NCBI GenBank assembly: GCA_951406725.2 | Contig: OX597819.1 | Coordinates: 88,040,001-88,104,000 of the forward strand | Length of the DNA: 64,000 nt | Source of the DNA: Octopus vulgaris | Taxonomy: Eukaryota | Direction of reading: 5' to 3' | Part shown: piece after piece, positions 13,558 through 27,790 of the stretch | Position numbering within the stretch: the stretch's first letter is position 1 | Layout of the letters: each line of letters starts with the position of its first letter | Position numbers and translations under genes: made by a program | The notes under the pieces: model-generated | Databases searched by the model: none | What the model was told of the DNA's origin: nothing | The model's input: the letters and a program-made list of their open reading frames with translations, nothing else

Positions 13558-15594
13558 GTTCATATTGAATATGAATATTCCTTGTTTAAGTGTATACAAT
13601 GATGTAGTATATTTATTTAACTATAACCCTTACTGTATTTGTACCCTAATAATTTGTTGAACTATAAACCTTTTACTGTTATGCAAATGAATTGTCCCTA
13701 GGCACACGTTTGCTTGAAATTTAATACAAAACTTTCTCTAGCTATATTTTGGCATCTAGAGGGAGAAAGAGGTGACTCCTGATAAGTTTGAAATACTGAA
13801 GCTAGTCTGGCTTTCATCTCAAGCCACCAAAAAGAAAAAAATCAGTCAGATTCATTGCATATGGATAAGATTCCATATACATACACACACATCCAAGTCA
13901 GTATAAGTAAAAATTATGATTATGATGATATCGTGTGTGTGTGTGTGTGTGTGCATAAACATTTGTTAATTTTTATGTCTGCTATTTGCCATGCTGGTAT
14001 GGGTTAGATGAATGAGTATATCATTGAGCCACTGTTTCATAGCTAGATGCCCTCTGTGCCTTTTAACCATACCTGTTTTTCAAGTAAGGAGTCTTTTATT
14101 TCATAAGTTTTTGAAGGTGCAAAGCCAGCAGATAATTTGTTGATAGGAAAACTGACATCAAAGTGTGTAGCTCACAATTTTTGGAGAAGCACAACATATA
14201 AACAAACACAGAAGCCCACACACACTATATATAATATATATGATGGGTTTCTTTCAGTTTCTGGTGACCAAATTCACTCAGAAGGCTTTGATTGGCCTGG
14301 AGCTATTGTAGAAAACACCCCAGTGCTACACAATAGGACTAAACTAATAACTATGTGGCTGGGAAGCAAATTTCTTAAATACAGTTGTGTGTGAGAGAGA
14401 GAGAGAGGGGGAGACTCAGAAAGGTATTTTTACATGATGCAAAAATATTTTTGAATGCCTTAAATATTTTATAAATACACACATACATATGTATAAAATA
14501 TTGCTGATAAGGTGTTCAAGTTATAAAGTGATCATACACGAGACTGAAACCTTAAATTTACATCCAATTTTCTCGCCTTAATAGCTTAGTTCTACCAATG
14601 TCTTTTTACCTAATGCATCTTTTTTCTCTTTTATTGAAAAAATATAAAAGGAGCAAAGAAAACTATACAGGGCATATACGCTACAAAGTAAAATGAAAAT
14701 TAAAAAAAACTTTAGAAAAATAAATATCAAAGCATATGGGACTTATATGGAATAAAACTATATACTTGAAGAAGCCTAAATATTCTAACATATGAAGATA
14801 TTCGAAAATAAAATTGTTAAAGTATTATTGAGCACCAAAGTCAAAAGGTGGGAACATATTCAGCTGTACTCTGATTTATAATACCCAGGCATTTAAAAAA
14901 TTTCTGTGTGAGATTTTTACTAGAAAATGCTTTTCATGAATGCAATTGAAAATGAAACTTTAAAGCATTAACACAGATGTAATTGGTGCTGCCATAGGCA
15001 AAGCTTTTGTGCAAATATTTCCATTCATTGAAAGAATTAGTTTTTTCTCTCTCTTTCCTTTTCAAAAAGCAACTGAATATTATCTTACATAGATTAAAGT
15101 GAGAGAAAGAATGAGAGAGATAAGATAAAGATGAAGAAAACAAAGGCAGAAGAGAGGAAAATGCATGTATATTTTAGAGATGGAGAAAAAATACTAGAAA
15201 GAGAAAGTTGTCATGATGGTTAAAAAAATGTCCCAAATAGTTAATGAAAAGAAATTTATATTTAGCTTCTACAAATTCTAACACCTAATCAATTTGCCAT
15301 CATCTTGCTTTCATCTTATTCTTTCCATTTAGATGTATATAATAAAGTATAAAACTTCAAGGCTGTAGGCTTGATGCCTCTTCACAGAGTTGTGACACAA
15401 AGTTATGATGATAATCAGAAGGAAAGCAATTAAAATCTAATTGTTACTTGATACGATAATATTATCCAGTGGGCTTTGTTGTATTTTGTTTCCTTGTCTG
15501 CTTCATACAACTGACTGGTTTCATTACATTTCTTTATTATATATATAAATATATATATATACTTTATTTAAAAGCAGCAGAAATATAACAAAAG

Positions 15595-15632
15595 CTGTTA
15601 CTCAGAGTTTCATGTTCCCGTTCGTCAGACAG
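15595..15632 (-). ncRNA. minimal type I hammerhead ribozyme (canonical core)
   Basis: CUGU-CUGACGA-ACGGGAACAU-GAAA-CUCUGAG-UA/ACAG: helix I CUGU:ACAG, short helix II, quasi-palindromic helix III CUC-U-GAG, GUA triplet. Confidence 0.75.
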
Positions 15633-15652
15633 TTTTTTTTTTTAAAACAAAA

Positions 15653-15690
15653 CTGTCCGACGAACGGGATCATGAAACTCTGAGTAACAG
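15653..15690 (+). ncRNA. minimal type I hammerhead ribozyme (C4 core variant)
   Basis: CUGU-CCGACGA-ACGGGAUCAU-GAAA-CUCUGAG-UA/ACAG; predicted cleavage after 15686. Confidence 0.72.
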
Positions 15691-16254
15691 CTTTTGTTAT
15701 ATTTCTGTTGCTTTTAAATAAAGCATATTACTCTACCTTTGGTATTTGAGTACTCTTTTTTCGACCTTGTTTCACATTTATGTGCTTACTCTGACACACA
15801 CACACACACACACACACATATTCTGTTTGCATAAATAAAATCATATTTTAACTAGGGTCTTGCTTACATGGGATGAGCAGCATGTGGATGCATAGGTTAA
15901 ATGTATGCAATAAATATGTAGTTGTATGAAAAGTTTAAATCATATCAGAAGGTGGAGCAGTGGAACATCATATTCAAAACTCCCAAGACTTCAGAAAATG
16001 CTTTCATATATAGCTTTCACAAAAGAGAAAGTCCTCCGACCTACAAGGAAACCCTCTCTGTACCTCCGAATAAAATTCCTTGTAGATGCCCTAAGAGTGT
16101 TATGTGTGTATGGTGAGGGTATGTATGCTGATGAGAATGAATATGTGCATGGCGAAAGTGATGACGTGTGGTGAGAGTGTGTATATAATCGGAGAGAGTG
16201 AGTACGTGTAGTAAGAATGAGTAAGCGTATGGTGAAGCAATGTACGTGTGTGGC

Positions 16255-17000
16255 GAGATGGTGTAGGTGTGAGGAGAGGCTGTGTATGTGTGGGGAGAGG
16301 CTGTGCACGTGTGTGGGGAGACTGTGTACGTGTGGGGAGAGGCTGTATACGTGTGGGGAGAGGCTGTATACGTGTGGGGAGAGGCTGTATACGTGTGGGG
16401 AGAGGCTGTATACGTGTGGGGAGAGGCTGTATACGTGTGGGGAGAGGCTGTATACGTGTGGGGAGAGGCTGTATACGTGTGGGGAGAGGCTGTGCACGTG
16501 TGGGAAGAGACTGTGCACATGTGTGGGGAGACTATGTGTGGAGAGACTGTGTACACATGTGGGAAGACTGTACGCATGTGGAGAAACTGTGTATACGTGT
16601 GGGGATATTGTACATGTGTGGGGAGATTGTAAGTGTGTGGTGACATGGCGTATGCGTGTGGTGGTATGGTGTATGCTTGTGCTGGCATAGTATATACATG
16701 TGGTGGCGAGATGGTGTATGTGTGTGGCGAGATGGTGTATGCGTGTGGCGAAATGGTGTATGCGTGTGGCGAGATAGTGTACGTGTGTGGCGAGATAGTG
16801 TACGTGTGTGGCGAGATAGTGTATGTGTGTGGCGAGATAGTGTACGTGTGTGGCGAGATAGTGTACGTGTGTGGCGAGATAGTGTACGTGTGTGGCGAGA
16901 TAGTGTACGTGTGTGGCAAGATCGTGTACGTGTGTGGCAAGATCGTGTACGTGTGTGGCAAGATCGTGTACGTGTGTGGCAAGATTGTGTACGTGTGTGA
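16255..17000. repeat. 21-bp minisatellite with two or three sub-arrays
   Basis: Units GTGTGGGGAGAGGCTGTATAC (~16265-16510) and GTGTGTGGCGAGATAGTGTAC / GTGTGTGGCAAGATCGTGTAC (~16700-17000); explains the 7-aa periodic ORFs on both strands. Confidence 0.95.
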
Positions 17001-20000
17001 GGAGACTGTGTGTCGTGAGATGATTGTGAAAGTATGTACTTATGATGAGAGGGTATACTTATTGTAAGACTGATGGGTGCGTGGATGTAAATCATGTGTG
17101 TGTGCATGTACATGTGATGAGAGCGACTGTTTAATAAGAGTGGGGTATGGTAAGAGAGTGTGTACATGCACATGTGTGTAGTGGGGATATGTGAGAATAT
17201 ATACATGCAAGCAAACAACAAAAAAACAAACAAAAAACATGGCACAAGAGAAAATGGTTAATATTATTCATTCATAGTCTGACATCTAAATGTTACTGAG
17301 AACAACACAATTTGATAAGATGTGAAGTGAATAATCATTAATGGAAGATGAAAAAAAACAAAAAAAAACAAAAACAAAATCATATTGTTGGTTCTTTGTT
17401 TAAATTAACATGACAAAACTTAAAATATTCAAAGATTACAGAATTATGGATTTAAAAACAAATAAATAAATAAATGAAAATTTTTCTCTTTTAAAAAAAA
17501 AAAAAAATTCGTTTCTTTAATCTTCATTGAAAAACCAACCAAAGAGATTCAGCAAATCAAAACCTTTGTCAGTAGATTTGTAGAATAGTTCAGTTAATTT
17601 TAATTCTTCAAACAACAAGATGAATATTTAGAAAAAAAAAAAAAATTATATAAATAAAATCAAAATGAAAATTTCAAAAAGAGAGAGAGAAGAAAAAAAT
17701 AGTTTGCTTAATGAAAGATAACCAGTAACAACAAAAACAACAATATTATCTGGCTATGATAACAAAATCCTCATCCTTGTTCCAAGTATCCAATTTAATC
17801 AATTTTACATAGCAATGAGGAAAGTGAGAAACAGAATATGTATGAGTTGGGGGAGAGAATGAGGGATTTAAGCCATTCAAGTTAAGCTTTTAGATAGAAG
17901 AGCCTATGATTATTGTCATCCGAACATCCAGTAATGACTCAGGTGAAATTATAGAAATCAATGGACAGACAGTTGAGGCAAGCAACCAGCAGCAGTAGCA
18001 GAAGTATTGGCAGCTGTGGTAGGTGATGGTATAGTAATAACCGCGGTGGGGGTGGTAGAGCTAGCAAGTAGCATAAAGAGAGATAAAGATTACTTTGAGC
18101 AGAAATCTGCACTGTAAATCAAGACACATAACATGGAGAATAAAGAAAAGTTGAGATGGGGAAGGGAGGCGATTTTAATAAGGAAGGGGAAAAGGATAAA
18201 GAAGGCGAAGAAACAGGAAGAAATAAGAGGGAAGAAAGGAAAGACAAAAAGAAAAAAAAAAGAGAGAGCAGTGCATTGGGTAAAGATGAGAAAAACAGCT
18301 GCCATTCTAAATGACTTAAGACACTTGTAAAAGTATAATAAAGAGCAAGGGGAGAAGGGAGGTAATAAATAGGTAACCCAACATTGTCAACAACCTTGTT
18401 GAAATTACCTAAGCAGAGAAATATAATAACAAAATTAAATATAAAATGGTTGATTACATAAATCAACGAATAGTAAAAAGAAACCACCTCAAACAACACC
18501 AACATTTCAAATCAAGATAACAGCTGTGCCGTATTCGGTGAAAGCAGTTTAGAATGTTCAAGTTTTATGAAAATAAAAGTATGGAAGAAATCAGTGTGTC
18601 CATTATTTTAATGTTTGTTTTTTTAAAAAGTATATGATGTGTTAATCTGGATATTTAAACTGTAGACATTCAAATTTTACAACTACTAGTTCTATTTACT
18701 GCGTACATAAATTATCATCATTGTTATAAAGTCATTTTTTTGTTTTTAATCATTTTGGCACAGCTGGACATATGAACTACATAGTAGATTGCAGCATGTC
18801 CCAATTTTCCCCATGTGGTTTGTGTGGCTTAGATTCTCAAGATCTAATTGGTCTCCTTTTACTTGTTTTCTTTTTTTAAGCTGCAAGACTGCCACTGACA
18901 GTTCACAACACTTTGTTCAACCAACACTGACACGTACATGCCAATATAATAGTCAGTCCTGTAAAATATTGGCCCAAACCACTTACTTAGCTTACTTGCG
19001 CTCTGTCATTCATGTGTGTTAATGTTACACATTCGATGGGTTATATTTGCCTTATTTCACTTCAGCTTCAATGAATCATCCATCCACATTCAAGGTTTCT
19101 GTTTCACTATCATGCAGTATCACACTCCTAATACAAGCTTCATACAATTTGCATTTCACATATCACGGTTAGAAATTTGCTTGTGTGCATGTGGAAACTT
19201 GCAGTTGGTCAAATTATTATGGTGCTAGCCCACTAACCAACAAAAGCAACAATTTATATGTCACTGCTGAGATTATATGTCCCTGACAAAGACCATAGCT
19301 TAATCCACAGAGAGGCAAAGCTGAACACTAAGATGCAGGAGCATGGTGTACTTTTAAGAAGTGTTTCTTTAGCTAAAAGTAGTAAACTTTAATTCTCCTT
19401 AGGCCAAAGCTGGTGAAAAACATTCAATTTAAAGGAAAAGCTATTCGTCTTTTGCTTCATTCCTGAAACAGTGAACCTCAGACAATATCCAACATCTGTT
19501 GGTAATCCCACAGTCCCAAACTGAAAAATTTTATATAGACATGAAATAATAGTAGCGAATATATAAAAAAAAATAGAGAGGTATATAAAAATAAACACAC
19601 ACAATAAGTAATATATAAATGAAAATAAGCAAAAAATATACATAAAAAAGCTTGATTGACATTAAGAATTTTCATGTCATTAATATTATAAATTTACATT
19701 GTTTGGCATATCTATAGTTCTATGGTTAAGAAGCTTGTTTCCCAACCGTGTACTCTTGGATAAGTGTTTTCTACTATGACCCCAGGCTAACCAAAGCGTT
19801 TTGAGTTGGGAGACAGAAACTGAAAGAAGCTTGCTGTATATATGCACATGTGCACAGGTGTGTGTGTGTGTGCCCTTGTCTTGACATCATAGTTGAAAAT
19901 GAGCATCATCATCATACAAGCACTGTTATTTGTTTCCAGTCTTCCATAAAGAACACTTCAGGCCAGAGAGGATATATTACCTTGGTTGGAAATAGATGAG

Positions 20001-22389
20001 GATTAGCAACAGGAAGGGTAACCAGTTATTGAAAATCTGCTGCATTAAATTTCATGCAAGCATGGAAAAGTGGATGTTAAATGATGATGGTGACCTCTTG
20101 TTCTCATGAATTCTCTGACTGACAGAATATGATAGGATGATGTTTATTGGAAAGTAGGATGAGGCATAGAAATGTTGCCTAAGCCTTTTGTAATGAAATA
20201 ACACTCCCAATGTATTTCCAATGATTTTGAAAATAATCAAGAATTTAGAGGCATTTAGCCAAATAATTAACTTTTGCAATTATTTCTCTTTCAAAGCTGG
20301 CGTTTAGAATATATTTTATCTAAACATTCTTGCATACAATTATGGCAGAAAGTTTTAACTTATATATGAGCATTTTAAAATGAGCAATTTAGTATGAAAA
20401 GAACCAATAGAAGAGTGGGGATGGTTGCATGCAGGATGTTATTAAAAGAATTAAGATAGGTTTCAGAAAATACTTAAAAAAAAAAGATTGTGAATAATGG
20501 AAACATTTGGGATGAAATCTTGGGCAAGAATGGTTGACAGAATCATAAGGTAACTGAGATATATGGAGGAAAAAAAAGAAAAAAAAGGGTTGTATAAACA
20601 AGCTTATATATTTTTCTAAAAGATATAGTGCAATGTAGAAATTTAATGGATCTAAAATAAAATAGACTTCACAACTTATAGGAGTTAGTTATTAGAAAAT
20701 GAGAATTTCAAGATATCAACTCATTTGAAACTCATTGTCTGTATATTATTACTATAATATTTAATAACTGAGACATGTAATTTGTGGATTTTAATGCAAC
20801 TATAAATTTATCTAGGAAAGAACCCTTGGTTTTCATCCCAATACTGCAGAGTAACAGTGGAAGGAATAAATATGAGGAACAATTATTAAACCTTATAGAA
20901 TTCAGTTTGCAAAACTAAGCTAATAAAAAGGTACCTTTCATGAAACGAGTAAATCTAAATAATTAAAACAAAATCAACATCTAGATTTTAAAATGGAGTT
21001 CAACTAAAAGAACATTATAACTTACAGCAGTATTTCCAAGTAAATAAAAAACAACAGGAATCACATTTCTGCCTACGCACCTCTTTCTCTCTCCCCAACT
21101 AATACACCTACAGGCATGTTCAATTGCATTCATTCAACACATGAAAGTATATTTATTTATATGTTCAAGAGAATTTATCAGAGGTTATTGCTCCAAACAG
21201 GTTATTGCCCCAAACTGTCAGCAAAGACTACTGGTTTCAAACTATCAGTTCTCATCAAGTATCATTCAGCTAAAAGCATGGGCTTTGCCAAAGGTTGCAT
21301 AGAAATATTAATAAACTGATTGTCAAGTACAGCTGCTGGAGTCAATCTGATAGCTAGTGGCCAATAAGAGAGTAAAAAGCTGGCTGACTAATATGTATAC
21401 ATAGGATTATGACATCACAAAATTTTAAAACAAAGCAATTGAAAATTAAGGGAAGAAATGATTACAATTGACCTGGCTTGTGCAAGAACTGTTCTTTCTT
21501 TATGAACTCCAGAGTATTTTTCAACTGTGATTTGTTCAGTAAATTTGTGTGTATATGCATGTTCAAATGTGCGCATTTACATAACTAATTTTTTAATGAT
21601 TTAGCAAGGTGGAAGGAGAAGTTAGCATTGCCTTTACAAGCCTTCCTAGATTGGAGAAATTAATACATTTGAATTCAGCTTAAAAATCTATAAGTCAACA
21701 TCAGCAGGAAAAACACAGGCAGAGAGTGAATTCCATAGGGTATGATATTCTGAGAAGAGGGGGATCAGAAAAAGTGTTAGAGAGAGAGAGAGAGAGAGTT
21801 GAAATTAGAGGTAAGTAGGTGTAGCTAGCTAGTTGAGAAGATCTATATTAGTCTGAGTGTTAGTTTTAGTGTGCACATGAAAACAAATGTGTGTTATGTG
21901 CAAGACAGTGAGTACACATATGATTATAAAACAGCATGTGTGAAAATGTGTGTTTGCATATGACTTACTTGTAGTTTGCATGTGTGAAAATGTGTGTGTG
22001 TATATGTTCATACGTATTTGTAATTATCGACTAATGAGAAACAATACTCTAGGTAATTAATTACAGTTCTCAGATATAACAATATATTATTACACTTATA
22101 CATGCATACCCACACACACATTAGTACTACAGAACAAATGGATTGGGTTAAAAATAAAAATAATTTTAAATGAATATATTAAAATAAAAGTATCATATTA
22201 TAGGTGGCAAAATTGATTCTAAAACATAGATTCCATAATCTCAAATAGCTTACTTATTTTTTCTTTGCTTTGAGTATGTATATGCATATATGTCTATGTC
22301 TGTATGTTTATGTGCATGTGAGTATGAATGTATGTTCAGGAGGATGTATCATCATTTTATGTCTGCTTTTCTGTTTACATGGATTTAAC

Positions 22390-23740
22390 AAAGTTTCTTT
22401 AGCACAGCAGTTTACCATTTCTTGCAGTCCTTTATCTCCTTTGTGAGGCTCATCCCATTTAGATTAGCTTTTATATCTCTTCTTTTATATTCCTTGGCCT
22501 TTTTCTTCTACAAGTTCCTTACATTTGGAGTATTTGACCTTTTTACTCAATTGTCATCCCACAAACAAGTTAGTACCAACACAGTCCACAGTATTGCACA
22601 ATGCATCTGGTTCCACTTATACTCAGTCTTTTACTCCCAGCTTATTTGTACTGCCATTCATGCACGTGACTTTTCATCCAGTAGAACATGCTCACTTCAT
22701 TCTTTTCTTCCCAGTCTTTCGCACATCCTTCATATTCAATGTCCATGTTTTATTACCATTCAGCATCACACTTTGAACACAAGAATCATACAAGCCACTC
22801 TTCATTAGGCAAGAGAGTCCTTTTGTTGTTAATAAAATAGCAACCTGGAATTTTTTCCACCTTATCATTACTATAACTACTATGCTATTGCAACACATCT
22901 ACTGCTGATTAAATCACCTAAGTAACAAGACCTATTTACTTCTTGGGAGCCATCTGAACTCTTGTAGTACTAACTACTACCATGTATTTACTACATACAA
23001 AATATTTCTACTCTGTCAGCCTGCTTGCCACTGCATCTTTTATGCACCCACAGTATACATTTAGTACACAAGGAATTTCCAACAATTCCTTTTCTGTATA
23101 TAGAGCATAACCAATATACTTGGTGGAACTAGAAACCTGTCTCCTTTTCTGTTAACTAAAAGTTTTGATTTTGATAGGTTTTAGACTTCTTGATTATAGG
23201 CTCTTGCATCCACATTCTTCTCAGCAGGTTTCAGCAATGAGATCTAGGTCATTGGCATGCCGGGCTCACTACAGACAACCAGTCTTCATTGCTTACTTTC
23301 ACCTTGCTGATGGCATCTTTCAAGATGGCTTGCGTGACTTTCACAAGCCATTTATCTACTCCTAGCTTTCTTAGCAACTTCCACATTACACACCTTGTGT
23401 AATGTCCTCTCAAAGTTGCAATAGGGTGTCATAGAAACAGTTCTTTTGCTCTTCTGCCAATCCTAATTGTAACACACATACATAAAAAAACTGTTGCTGT
23501 CATCTTAGGTACAGGGTCATGTACTCTGACTAGTTCAATTGCTTTATCCATTTCTCAACCAACAAAACGCTTATTCTACCCACCACTAACCCCAGGCACT
23601 GTTATACACCCAAAAGAATTTCTATTTGTGCTCGTTGCCTGTGAGGAATCTGGCTGAGGCACATGGTACATCTTGTACACAACACACATTTGCCTCTGTT
23701 CCAGCATCTCTACGATTTTGTCAGAACTACTTTCCATTGT
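22390..23740 (-). pseudogene. decayed, internally deleted RTE-clade LINE (APE and RT-region fragments)
   Basis: Minus-strand translation WKKFQVAILLTTKGLSCLMKSGLYDSCVQSVMLNGNKTWTL resembles the post-RT motif of RTE elements (K-rLY-a-V---mLyGsEtW); TMESSSDKIVEMLEQR at ~23700 resembles the APE N-terminus; many stops and frameshifts. Confidence 0.7.
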
Positions 23741-24499
23741 TTGTGTATGTGTGTGTGCATGTGTACATAAGTGTGTATATATCTGCATGTATGTGTATAT
23801 GTGTGTGAATGTGTGTGTATAAAATACTCAGGTTTTGAAATCTACACATAATTAACTTTGATGGGCCTAGGGACAGAAAAAAAATATTCCTTAGCAATCT
23901 TACCCTTGTTTGTAAAGTACATGTTCATGAGACATTTAGTGTACTTAAATTATTCCTTGAGCTGCTTCAAAGGATAGATGTAGAACTTGCTCCCAACTTA
24001 TTCCCTGAGGTGATATGGAATAAAATAACCTAAAAAAATACAAGTGAATTCATTATGGAAAAATAATTAAGCAATGTAAGTTCACATAACTAAAAATACT
24101 TCATGCTTTTACTACTATCTTCCCATTATTTTGTAGGGAGGGAATAGTGAAAAAATTTTGCTTAATATGAAGAGATTTTTTTTTATTTCATCATATGTAA
24201 GGTGAATAAGTGGATGGGTAGATTTCTTTTTTGTATATGTTTTAAATAGTGTTTGGTTTTTAATTAAAAATAGGAGAAATTTTGTTTTATTTGTCTTACT
24301 GTGTTTTTAAAATTGTATTTGCAAAAGTATTATGGCTACATTAAACCTGGTTGTGTATCATAACATGTCTCACAGTTAATTAGCACTTGAGGATGAGAGA
24401 AAGAAAGAAAGAGGAATATATTTACAGAATATATCACAGAGATTGATATTTTAAAATCTGTATTAAAGTTACTGAATGCAACTAATTATATCTCATCCA

Positions 24500-24910
24500 T
24501 TTATATGAAGGAGGAACAGATGAGTAAAAATGGGAGAAAGAAGAGGAGGAGAGAGACAGAGAGAGAGAGAGAGAGAAATGTAAATAGTAAGACAGAGAGA
24601 AAGACAAAGATTAAAGATATAAATAGTAAGAGAGGTAAAGAGTGAGGGAGAGAGATAAAATGAGAGGATAGGGAGGAAGAAGAATGAGTGATATGAGACA
24701 AACTGTAAGAAGAGAGAACTAAAGAGTAAAGAAACACAATGGAAGAAGTAGTGGGTAAAAGGGAAAGAGAGAGGAATGTAAGAGAAAGGAGACAGAGAGA
24801 GAAGGGGGAGAGAGAGAGGGAAAGAGAGAGGGGGAGAGAGAAAGGAGAAAGGGGGAGAGAGAAAGGAGAAAGGGGGAGAGAGAAAGGAGAAAGAGAGAGA
24901 AAGAGGGAGT
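24500..24910. repeat. GA-rich low-complexity tract with a short 21-bp tandem
   Basis: Polypurine run; GGGGGAGAGAGAAAGGAGAAA x3 at ~24830-24892. Confidence 0.85.
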
Positions 24911-26146
24911 ATAAATCATTTTAGAACTAAGGTACTTAAATTTGAAGTAGTGAAATTGAAAATATGTCAATGAAATCAACACCACAGAATAAATTACGCA
25001 ATAAACTATTAGAAGGACTTGATTAGTAAAAGGTGAAGTACAACTAACTTATACAGTAAATCCACAGTCTTGAAACATTCATGAAGCCACAACAAATGTT
25101 ATTAACTACTCTGAATTTGCTGTCTTCTGGTGGCGGTACAAGTTGGGAGTAAGGATGTATAACAGATCTGTGTTGGGTCTGCCACCCCATTATATTCCTG
25201 TTACATTACTTCTCACTACCTTCTCATTTATAACTCACTCTCCTATTTGCTGTTTGCCACCCACCTATGGAGGAATGGTACTGACCAATCACTCTTTTTC
25301 TCCTTCCCCACCCCATGCAATTCTATCACTTTCACTTAATATCATTGATCTCTGTTGCTATCAATCACTCATGCTTTCTGCCCATCAGCCACCTTTAAAA
25401 GCTTCCCCCATCAAAATTTTTGCAATTTTCTATCTTGTCTTTTTGTTACATTTGCCTTGAAAAGACAGAAACAATAGTAGAGAGGACTATTTACTCTTAG
25501 AGTGGACAAAATAACCTTTCTTTCTTTCTATCATGCTTCTACAATGACAAAATACACCAAATACATGCTGTAAAGTGATTGGTGTTAGGAAGGACACTAA
25601 GCTATAAAAATCACAGCAAAAATGGAATGTATGAGATATAGCTGTAACTTTAAATAAGAAATTACTCAGACTATGACAACCCATCCAACCCATGACAGTA
25701 TGTAGAACACATGTGCAATGATGATTATGGTGATAATGATTGTTACAAGAAAATCCACATTATATTTCAAAAACAAAAATGAAGCTGGAAGGTTTTCAAT
25801 AACAGCATCATATTTATAAATGAGTGAACAAGAAGTAGGCTCAACAATATCGTTTAACAAATACCATACCAAATTATTAACTTTACTTCTAAACCTAGAT
25901 CCAGAACAGCAACTAAGTTTCTATCTCATTTCAATGCTAAACTGCACTAAAGAATATATTGGTAAATTTTATTGCCAACAATGTATGTCTATAGAATCTC
26001 TGTGACTGGCAACTTCATGATCAAGTAAAGAAGGATTAGCTGGACTAGTTTCAAGCCCATGCTGGGAATTCATAAGTATCTCAGTACCCTCTTTAACTGT
26101 CCATACAGAAACTGTTTACAAATCCATTATTACTAACGATAAACAA

Positions 26147-26440
26147 TGCCCTTTTCAAGCCTAGCCAGGCTCATGGGCCTAGTTTCCCAGTTTCTGTGGC
26201 GTATGCGTTCCTCCCAGCTGGACGGGACGCCAGTCCATCGCAGCGTTACTCAAGAAACAGAGTGAGAGAAAGATGTAGCAAAAGAGTACAACATAGGTTG
26301 CCACCCACCCCTACCGGAGCCTCGTGGAGTTTTTTAGGTGTTTTCGCTCAATAAACACACACAATGCCCGGTCTGGGAATCGAAACCATGATCCTCCCAC
26401 CGCAAGTCCGCTGCCCTAACCATTGGGCCATTGCACCTCC
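26147..26440 (-). mobile_element. tRNA-derived SINE family B with target-site duplication
   Basis: Minus strand GGAGGTGCAATGGCCCAATGGTTAGGGCAGCGGAC...GGTTTCGATTCCCAGACC (A and B boxes); flanking direct repeat CATTATTACTAA at 26125-26136 and 26441-26452; second copy at 31815-32106. Confidence 0.85.
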
Positions 26441-27464
26441 CATTATTACTAAGGGCAGCGTTAACTGAATAAAATAACTGGCATATATATTCTTGGAGTC
26501 TTGTTTTGTTTCTATGGCATTCTGTACGACAGAAAAATCTACACATATTTACCAACAGTGAAAGTACAGATGTATAAATACCTTGTCTTTGTATACAATA
26601 TCTTTGTGAATGTAATTTAGCTGTCATTTCACTCTCTAAACCAAACATTCAATTACTTTATTTCAAACCTTCCACTGTGCTTGCTCCCACTGGCTTTCAA
26701 TATATATGAAATTTCCCATTTATATATGAAATTTATTTTTCTTCCTTGTTTAGTCAGACCTAACTTGCTTACACTAAAATTATGGCAGCCTTTTCTGTGG
26801 AGACTAGCAATTGCTAAAACTTATCTAACTCTGCAATGGTAAGGGAGAATTAGAGAAGTAATACAATAAAATAACAATAATGGAGAAATGTGCACAGGGA
26901 ACAAAAAGTATAAACTGATCTTGTGTTTATCACACTTTTCCTACATGTTCACACTCACACATACATAGGAGAGAGAGTGAAGGTGAAAAAGAAAACATAT
27001 GATGAGGTATGAGTCAGTGAAAAATGAAATGAGAGTAAGGTAGAAAGAACGTGAAAGTAAATAAATGGAGAGCTGACTTTTCATGTATACAACAGGTAAC
27101 TGCAAGTCATACTGACGAAGGAACTCTCAGGCACAAAAATAAAAATACATGACTGAATTGCAAAAAAAAAGAAGCTGAAGATTATCACCCAAAGTCAATG
27201 GCTGGTGTGAATAGGAGAAATGTAGTATTGTTGGAAAACAAGAAGTATAAGAAGAAAGGAACGCAAGAACAAAGTGAAAAAAAAAATAAAAGAATAACTC
27301 GAAAGCAAAGTGGATCAAGAACAGAACAAGAATCAAGGCAATGAAAAGAAAAAAAAAAAGAATGACTGGAAAGAGTCACAAATAAACCCCATCAGTTTTG
27401 CCCAGTACTACACTGGTATAAGTGTGTGTGTGTGTGTGAGTGCACATGTAATCAACATTTATCA

Positions 27465-27790
27465 ATTTGCTTGTTTCAGTCATTGATCTGTGGTCATGCA
27501 AGAGCACTGCCATGAAAGATTTGTAGTCAAACAAACTGGATCCTGTACTTATTTTTGAAGTCTGGTACTTATTATTCTATTGCCTCTTTTGTTGAACTGC
27601 TAAGTTATGGTGGCAAAACAAAAACTAGCTGTCAAGTGGAAGCGATGGGGGACAAACAGACACACATAAACACTAAATATATACACACAGACACAACTGG
27701 CTTCCATTTAGTTTCCTTTCACCAAACTCACTCAGAAAGCATTGGTTGGCCCAGGGATGTAGCATAAGGTATTTGCTCAAGATATCATGC
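27465..27790 (-). mobile_element. SINE family A, degraded
   Basis: CTTGTTTCAGTCATTGATCTGTGGTCATGC...GTACTTATT...GAACTGCTAAGTTA, collinear with 13185-13557. Confidence 0.7.

Larger units (their letters stand above)
15557..15793. mobile_element. palindromic Penelope-like pLTR fragment with two hammerhead motifs
   Basis: Inverted arms ~15557-15636 and ~15649-15728 with few mismatches; the right arm continues to ~15793; (TA)n on the left and (CA)n on the right. Confidence 0.75.

Noticed and set aside
15991-17245. Long repetitive ORFs (up to 313 aa)
   Set aside because: Explained by the 21-bp minisatellite, which is open in several frames on both strands.
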